Assembly: GCA_958296135.2 (NCBI GenBank)
Contig: CATQHZ020000001.1
Coordinates: 3,936,001 to 4,000,000, forward strand
DNA from: an uncultured Poribacteria bacterium
GTDB taxonomy: Bacteria; Poribacteria; WGA-4E; WGA-3G
DNA: 64,000 nt
Direction: 5' to 3'
Part shown: positions 58,291 to 64,000 of the stretch, piece by piece
Layout of the letters: each line of letters begins with the position of its first letter
Position numbering within the stretch: position 1 is the first letter of the stretch
The notes under the pieces: model-generated
What the model was told of the DNA's origin: nothing
Seen by the model: only the letters and a program-made list of their open reading frames with translations
The model's database searches: none
Translations under genes and position numbers: made by a program

Positions 58291-58896
58291 TCACGCCTGC
58301 TGCGCCACCATACTCGCGAGGATACCGAGGATTTTCTCGCACTGCGCGAGTTGGTAAATCGCCATGTCCATGTGGAGTGTCTGTCCTGCCAATTTCAGGA
58401 AAAGCCAATCTATTCCCGACGTGGTAGCACCATAGACACACGGAATGTCATTCCCGTGTTCGGCATTAAAGCGTTGCGCCGCCACCATCTCTGCGACGCA
58501 CTGCCCCAAACCGTTTATCAAGTTGTTGTTTTTTGCCGCAACCAAGATGATGACAGGTGCTTCTACAAACGCTTGCCAAGGCGACAAACTGATTAAAAAA
58601 TCGCACACACCGATTAAGTCGGCATCGGCATCAACGTTGAAGTCAATCCCTGAGAAGAGACTGATACGACGCTCAAAGTGCTCGCGGAGTTCAACGAGAA
58701 CATCGGCGACAATCAGTTCAGAACGCGCCTTCTCTGTGTCAATAGTGGTGGCTAACGACACCTTTCGCTCCAATACCGAGGTGAGAAGGGCACTGGGGGT
58801 TAGCGGCGCAATGTCAGCAAAGATGCCTTCAGCGGCAACCTTCTCTAGGTGAAACGCTAGCAGCACTTCCTCCAATGTCCATTTGCTATACGCTAT
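58291..58896 (-). CDS. PD-(D/E)XK-like hypothetical protein, tandem paralog 3 (ATA at start position; VAAK)
   Basis: CTCATC-ATA-GCG-TAT-AGC where paralogs have CTCATC-ATG; 606 nt; motif Glu replaced by Ala. Confidence 0.6.
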   Translation of the reverse strand: MAYSKWTLEEVLLAFHLEKVAAEGIFADIAPLTPSALLTSVLERKVSLATTIDTEKARSELIVADVLVELREHFERRISLFSGIDFNVDADADLIGVCDFLISLSPWQAFVEAPVIILVAAKNNNLINGLGQCVAEMVAAQRFNAEHGNDIPCVYGATTSGIDWLFLKLAGQTLHMDMAIYQLAQCEKILGILASMVAQQA

Positions 58897-58931
58897 GATG
58901 AGACAACCTCTTGTGTCAGTGAAAACTGCGC

Positions 58932-59936
58932 CTATTCCGTCGGCGTTGCTTCCTCCGTTTCCGCAGGAGATTCCGCCTCTTTAAGCGTCTCAGCCTTCTT
59001 GATGAGCCTATCCACGTTCGATTTGAATAGCATGAAAAGGGTATCCTTATCGTCGCGCTTAACGTAAAGTTTGCCCTCCTCTTCTTTGCCGATGAGCAAC
59101 GTCGCCGTGGTGCCATCGTTCAACGTCGCGGCGATGGAAGAGTGCGGCGAGGCTAACTCGTATTCGGAAAGTGCTTTCGGCTCAGCGAAATCGTCCGTCT
59201 CTAACTGGCTGAACGTCGTCAGCAGACTGTCCACTTCCGTCTGTTTGACAGCAGACGCTTCCGGGGTGAGCATCTGCCACGTGCCTTCCGCATCCAATCG
59301 AAGCGCCACCGTTTCCTCCGGCGACGTGATGTTCAACTGCGTAACGATGCCCTTGTTGAAATCAAAAATCGTCCGGTCCTTCCACGTCCGCGTCCCTTTG
59401 TCAAATACCGATTGGAGATACCCCTGCGCGACGTAGACATCGTTAGAATCGGCAACGCGCACATAGCTGCTCAGAAAACCGGGCGTCGTCTTCCCGACAA
59501 ACAGGTGAGCCAACGGCGCACCGTTCGCATCCATCAATTTCGCCTCAACGCCGGTGGTGCTATCTACCTCAAACTCCGCCCGCTTGTCAGGATTCGTGGA
59601 GACGAGCCGCGTATTTTTAAATTCGCTCACCTTCGTCAGCAATTCTTCCACGCCTTCGGCATCAGCAGGATAGTTATCCAGAGAAGCAACTACCCACTTC
59701 CCATCCTGCTTCGCAAGCCTTGTCGTTTCACCAGAGGCGGTGATTTCTATCTGTGCAACTTGTGCCTTATCGAAATTCGGAAACAGCGGCATGGCAGTCT
59801 CCACCTTCTTTTCATACTCGCTCTGCCCGAAGGGGTTCTCGAAGAACAAGACGACGAGGGCTAAGACAACGAAAATGCCGCCTAAAATCAGAAGTTGGTA
59901 TTTCGCAATGCGTTTGGATAGTGTCATTGAGTTCAT
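58932..59936 (-). CDS. DUF4340 domain protein
   Basis: N-terminal TM, two repeated units (YPAD..V..LL..; L.IGK..YVR/K), WKDR; follows the GldG-like gene. Confidence 0.8.
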   Translation of the reverse strand: MNSMTLSKRIAKYQLLILGGIFVVLALVVLFFENPFGQSEYEKKVETAMPLFPNFDKAQVAQIEITASGETTRLAKQDGKWVVASLDNYPADAEGVEELLTKVSEFKNTRLVSTNPDKRAEFEVDSTTGVEAKLMDANGAPLAHLFVGKTTPGFLSSYVRVADSNDVYVAQGYLQSVFDKGTRTWKDRTIFDFNKGIVTQLNITSPEETVALRLDAEGTWQMLTPEASAVKQTEVDSLLTTFSQLETDDFAEPKALSEYELASPHSSIAATLNDGTTATLLIGKEEEGKLYVKRDDKDTLFMLFKSNVDRLIKKAETLKEAESPAETEEATPTE

Positions 59937-60074
59937 ACTCTCCTTCCCAGGGCTGTCATCGACGTTGGCGATGACTACGTTTTTGATTTTTCTCGCTCGC
60001 AATGCTTTGTTTAAACGCTTTGCGTCAGCGAAAACCTACAAGTACGGAGGAGTCGCGGGGGACAGCCCCCGATG

Positions 60075-61685
60075 CTACGTGGTACTGTAGGTTTCCACCA
60101 TCCGTTTTGCCCGCCTTTTCAAGAAATACCGCAGCAACCCAAAGATAACCACTAGCAATGGGATGCCAACGATAGATAGGTATTTGTAAAAAGTTTTCTC
60201 AAATTCAGTTGCTGCGCGGAGCGGCCGGTCGGTGATAGCGTGCGAACGGATACCGATGAGCGCATCGCCGAGCGTCAACCAATCCACAGCGTTTAAGAAA
60301 AAGTTAATCCCATCGGGCCGCATCTGTGCCAGAAATTGCGCGGTGCCGACCACAATGATTTGCGTCTGCGCGCTTTCTGTCTGCGTGGCGCGCTCGTCAG
60401 CACTCGGCGCAACCGATGCCTCGCCATCAGTTCCAACAACCGGCGGAATCTCTTTATCGGCGTAGAAACTGGCGAACGTCCCTTCAACCGCTACTGCAAC
60501 GGCGTAGGGTTGCATATCTCCCGGCGGAATCTGCGCGTTGGGCATGAGGTTATAGTACCCCTGCAGGCTCTGCCCGAATTCACTTGTTTTTGCCAATGCC
60601 GCCGCCGTGTTCCCCTCCCTCGCAACTACGTCCACAGAACTCGTCCACGGCAACGTCAACACTTCTAACTGATTCGTCACAGAATGCTCTGTGGAGAAAT
60701 TCGGTTTCACAATTTTGACGAAATACGGATAAGGTTGAATTACCGTCATGAACCCTTGTTGGAATCGCGCCGTGTCGTGAAACCGCCTATCTACCAGGAG
60801 GTTATTGCCAAGCGTCACACCGTAATGAGCCAGCATGTCGTTTAACCCGGTGCTTAGCGGGGCCGCCTGCAAGGTGTTGGGTTGAAACTGAACAGAATCG
60901 ACCAGGAAGATTGTCCTACCGCCGCGCATGATGAACTGATCGAGCTCATATTTTTCACGCTCTGTCAACACCTGCCGCGGGCCGGCGACAACCAGCGTTG
61001 CAACAGCAGCGTCAACCGCTTTGCCACCTTGGAGACTCACAGAGGTGATGTTGTATTGCCCCTTGGCATTTTTATCTAAAAGGGTGCGCAACCCCTGCGA
61101 ATTTTGCGCGTCGATATCGATTTCATCGTGCCCCGTCAAAAAGCCTACCGTCTTCGCCTCTTTCGTCGTCACTTTGAGGAGAGTCGACGTGAGTTCATAC
61201 TCCAAGTTCGCAGTAGATTGAACGAGGGGCAAGACTTCCTCCTTGCCGCTGTAACCAATGCCGATAGCCATATAGACGTTCGCTATCTCGGCTTTATCCT
61301 TTTTAACGACATTGATCTGGACTTCCTGAATACCCCTGAACCGGAGCTCCTGCTTTTGGCCCTCATCAAAATCGGCAGTATTGACGAAATCGATCTGAAG
61401 GTTTTTAGAGAACGCGTTGTATTCGTCCAACACATCTCTGACATCCCGACGAATTTGCGCAACTTCCGCCGGCTCCGTCGAAAAGTAAGCGGTGACGGTG
61501 ACAATGTCGTCTAGCGTGTTCAGCACATTTTTGGTAGCACCCGAGATAGTATAGCGCTTGTCTTCGGTGAGATCGGCGCGGATGAAACGGCGCGTTGAAA
61601 CAAAATTCATCAGCGCGAGAATGCCGAAAAGAATCACCACAAACGCCACAGCATTGCTACCGTGTGTCAATCGTTTGTTTGCCAA
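60075..61685 (-). CDS. GldG-like ABC transporter auxiliary protein
   Basis: DLTEDKRYTIS, LEYELT, GFLTGHDE, LDQFIMRGG, FFLNAVDWL; TM at both ends; start uncertain. Confidence 0.8.
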   Translation of the reverse strand: MANKRLTHGSNAVAFVVILFGILALMNFVSTRRFIRADLTEDKRYTISGATKNVLNTLDDIVTVTAYFSTEPAEVAQIRRDVRDVLDEYNAFSKNLQIDFVNTADFDEGQKQELRFRGIQEVQINVVKKDKAEIANVYMAIGIGYSGKEEVLPLVQSTANLEYELTSTLLKVTTKEAKTVGFLTGHDEIDIDAQNSQGLRTLLDKNAKGQYNITSVSLQGGKAVDAAVATLVVAGPRQVLTEREKYELDQFIMRGGRTIFLVDSVQFQPNTLQAAPLSTGLNDMLAHYGVTLGNNLLVDRRFHDTARFQQGFMTVIQPYPYFVKIVKPNFSTEHSVTNQLEVLTLPWTSSVDVVAREGNTAAALAKTSEFGQSLQGYYNLMPNAQIPPGDMQPYAVAVAVEGTFASFYADKEIPPVVGTDGEASVAPSADERATQTESAQTQIIVVGTAQFLAQMRPDGINFFLNAVDWLTLGDALIGIRSHAITDRPLRAATEFEKTFYKYLSIVGIPLLVVIFGLLRYFLKRRAKRMVETYSTT

Positions 61686-61873
61686 GAATTTATTACCCCC
61701 ATTCGCGACCGGATGGAAAGACACCCTCCCGATAAAGGACTCTTCAGACCCGGGTGTCTACACCGGGCGCGCCTATACGCTGCAGGACTGACGCAAATGC
61801 CGAAACCCCCGTTCGAGAGGCCCGCTCCCAAAGCGCGCCCACGGGGTTTGTTCAACGTCAGTCCTACTCCGGT

Positions 61874-62590
61874 TTATCGCCATTTCCGGCTCTCAACGGA
61901 TACCGAACTCAGCGTGAGAAAGAAGCCGATAACCGAGAGGTAGTAGATAATATCGCGGGAGTCAAGCACGCCGCGCAGAATGCTACTGTAATGTGCACCG
62001 AGTCCGAGATAACTGAAAATCGGGAAAAGCCAATTCGGCGCATTAAAAAGCACAATGTCTTCCCCGATAATCAGCATCACAAAACAGGCGGTAATACCGA
62101 AAATAAAGGCGATGATCTGGTTTTCTGTCAGTGTTGAGGCGAACAGCCCTATCGCAAGGTACGCGCCGCCCATCAGCAACAGCCCGATGTAACCGCTGAC
62201 AATCGTGCCGCCATCCGGGTCTCCAAGAAGGCTCACCGACAGCGGGAGGACGAGCGAGAGTAGCACCGTGACAGCAAGCAGCGCATAACTCGCCAAATAC
62301 TTACCGATGACTACCTCGTAATCCCGAATCGGCAGCGTCATCAGGATTTCTACCGTCCCCAGTTTCTTCTCTTCCGCCCAGAGTTTCATCGTGACAGCGG
62401 GGACGAAAAATAGGAAAATCCACGGCATTAACCCGAAAAACCCGCGCATCTCAGCCTGGTTCATCAGAAAGAAGCCGCGAAAAAAGAGCCACGAAGAAAT
62501 GCCCAAGAAAAATGTGATAAAAATGTAGGCGATAGGCGAATTGAAATAACTTCTAAATTCCTTTTTGAGGATAGCTGTGATGTTCGTCAT
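61874..62590 (-). CDS. GldF-like ABC-2 permease
   Basis: KKEFRSYFNSPIAY, PAVTMKLWAEEKKLGT.E.L.T.P, TENQIIA. Confidence 0.85.
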   Translation of the reverse strand: MTNITAILKKEFRSYFNSPIAYIFITFFLGISSWLFFRGFFLMNQAEMRGFFGLMPWIFLFFVPAVTMKLWAEEKKLGTVEILMTLPIRDYEVVIGKYLASYALLAVTVLLSLVLPLSVSLLGDPDGGTIVSGYIGLLLMGGAYLAIGLFASTLTENQIIAFIFGITACFVMLIIGEDIVLFNAPNWLFPIFSYLGLGAHYSSILRGVLDSRDIIYYLSVIGFFLTLSSVSVESRKWR

Positions 62591-62697
62591 AGTCTATAGT
62601 AAATACTGAATCCGTAGCGCGAGGGCCCGGCGATCACTAATCGCCGAGGGTTCCCCTCGCGATTTCTCACGGCATGTAAACCTGCTTCCAAAGCACG

Positions 62698-63630
62698 CTA
62701 TTCGCGCACCGTCAAATTCAGGAATACATCCTCCAAATCGACCGATTCTTGGCGGAGTTCCGTCAAACTCCACCGGTTATCCACGACAACGTGAAACAGT
62801 GCCTCCGCGGCATCGGTTCCCTGCACCGCCGTAACTCGATAGCCGACTACGCCATTGTCCGTTTCAACGTGTGCCCACTGCGAGACGAAGTCAAGCGCGT
62901 CCAACTTTGCCTCAATTTCCGATTGCGGGCCGCGGATAACGATATGCACGATTTCCTCACCCTCCGCTTGGCCCGCGAGTTCTTCAGGTGTGCCGTTCGC
63001 TACAATCTTCCCATCGTTGATGATGAGGATGCGGCTACACGTAGCGGAAACCTCCGGCAAAATGTGGGTGCTGAAAAGCACCAGTTTCTCTTGCCCAATG
63101 TCCTTAATCAGGTTACGAATCTCAATGATTTGGCTCGGGTCAAGTCCAGAGGTGGGCTCGTCTAAAATCATGATAGGCGGATCGTGGATGAGGCTCTGCG
63201 CTAATCCTACCCGTTGGCGGTAGCCTTTCGAGAGCTCACCGATGTCCTTCTGGATAACGTCCTCAAGCCCGCAAAGCTCCACCACGGCGCGGATGCGCGC
63301 GCGCCGCTCGCTTTTCGGAAGGCTCCGAACCTGCGTCATAAAGTTTAGGTACTCGATGACTCCCATGTCCATGTAAAGCGGCGCGCTCTCCGGGAGATAC
63401 CCGATGGACTTGCGAACCTCTACCGACTCCTCAAATACGTCATAACCCGCGACGCTGGCACTCCCTGCATCCGCGGAGAGATAGCAGGTAAGGATACGCA
63501 TCGTCGTCGTCTTCCCAGCACCGTTGGGACCGAGGAAACCGAGCACTTCGCCGGCGTGTGCATCAAACGAAACGTTGTTGACAGCGACAGTCGGCCCGTA
63601 GGATTTTGTGAGTTCTCTAACTTCAATCAT
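62698..63630 (-). CDS. GldA-like ABC transporter ATP-binding protein
   Basis: GPNGAGKTT, GYLPE, LSKGYRQRVGLAQ, ILDEPTSGLDP, STHIL. Confidence 0.9.
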   Translation of the reverse strand: MIEVRELTKSYGPTVAVNNVSFDAHAGEVLGFLGPNGAGKTTTMRILTCYLSADAGSASVAGYDVFEESVEVRKSIGYLPESAPLYMDMGVIEYLNFMTQVRSLPKSERRARIRAVVELCGLEDVIQKDIGELSKGYRQRVGLAQSLIHDPPIMILDEPTSGLDPSQIIEIRNLIKDIGQEKLVLFSTHILPEVSATCSRILIINDGKIVANGTPEELAGQAEGEEIVHIVIRGPQSEIEAKLDALDFVSQWAHVETDNGVVGYRVTAVQGTDAAEALFHVVVDNRWSLTELRQESVDLEDVFLNLTVRE

Positions 63631-63678
63631 AAAACGTTTTCTAACCATCCAGGCGCAGTTGATAAAAGATACGTTAAA

Positions 63679-63707
63679 ATAATACCACAAAAATATCGAA
63701 ATGTCAA
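63679..63707 (-). promoter_or_regulatory. Sigma70 promoter of the Gld-like ABC operon
   Basis: TTGACA-N17-TATTAT with extended TG. Confidence 0.6.
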
Positions 63708-63795
63708 GAAAAAAATTTGAGGGGGGGGATAGCGGCATTTCGTTTGTCGAAATAACGCGAGGTGGATACAGGAGGAGGGAAATAACTGAAAAGCC

Positions 63796-63999
63796 CTACC
63801 AGATTTTCACAAGTATAGCAACTATCTGCAGCACTCGGGCAATCGGCTCATGTGGCATGTAACCCGCGTACCTCGCGCGTCTTGCCTGCCAGATATGATC
63901 GGCTTGTATAACGCCTTTGAGTTCAATTGTTCCTGTGAAATCTTTGGTACGAATCATTATTCCCGGTGGGACGGGAACACCAAGGTCCTTGCGATGAAG
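63796..63999 (-). CDS. 3' part of a possible PemK/MazF-family toxin (5' end outside window)
   Basis: Manual translation ...LKGVIQADHIWQARRARYAGYMPHEPIARVLQIVAILVKIW* resembles a MazF C-terminus. Confidence 0.4.
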   Translation of the reverse strand, partial: LHRKDLGVPVPPGIMIRTKDFTGTIELKGVIQADHIWQARRARYAGYMPHEPIARVLQIVAILVKIW

Positions 64000-64000
64000 T

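Noticed and set aside
57014-58896. Diversity-generating retroelement (template/variable repeats)
   Set aside because: Paralog differences are spread over whole genes and are not adenine-specific; no reverse transcriptase is present.

Overview
Bacterial chromosomal window of about 45 CDSs, GC-rich. It is most likely from Candidatus Poribacteria, inferred from recurrent C-terminal 'AVEPxxKLATTWGxxK' tails, 'QNFPNPFNPETWIPYQL' C-terminal domains and LamG/TolB/CRTAC1/FGE genes. Housekeeping genes: purB, a type-2 ileS with a GVHH signature, selA, an AddA-like helicase-nuclease, archease and a GldA/F/G-like ABC operon. Accessory content: a Type II R-M pair, an Rpn nuclease, five paralogs of a ~201-aa PD-(D/E)XK-like protein, an SBP-OmpA/vWA/SBP-OmpA operon and a 4.2-kb module bounded by 122-bp direct repeats. 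Most notable: (1) GTAG-type REP palindromes form a tandem array and also lie in frame inside at least a dozen coding positions, three in IleRS; (2) an IS607-type TnpB with an Asp-to-Asn RuvC-I change replaces the core of a Type III mod gene, so its predicted guide is mod sequence; (3) a leaderless rpn gene has an internal RBS/GTG start matching the RpnL/RpnS toxin-antitoxin layout. All calls are from reading motifs by eye; no database searches were run.
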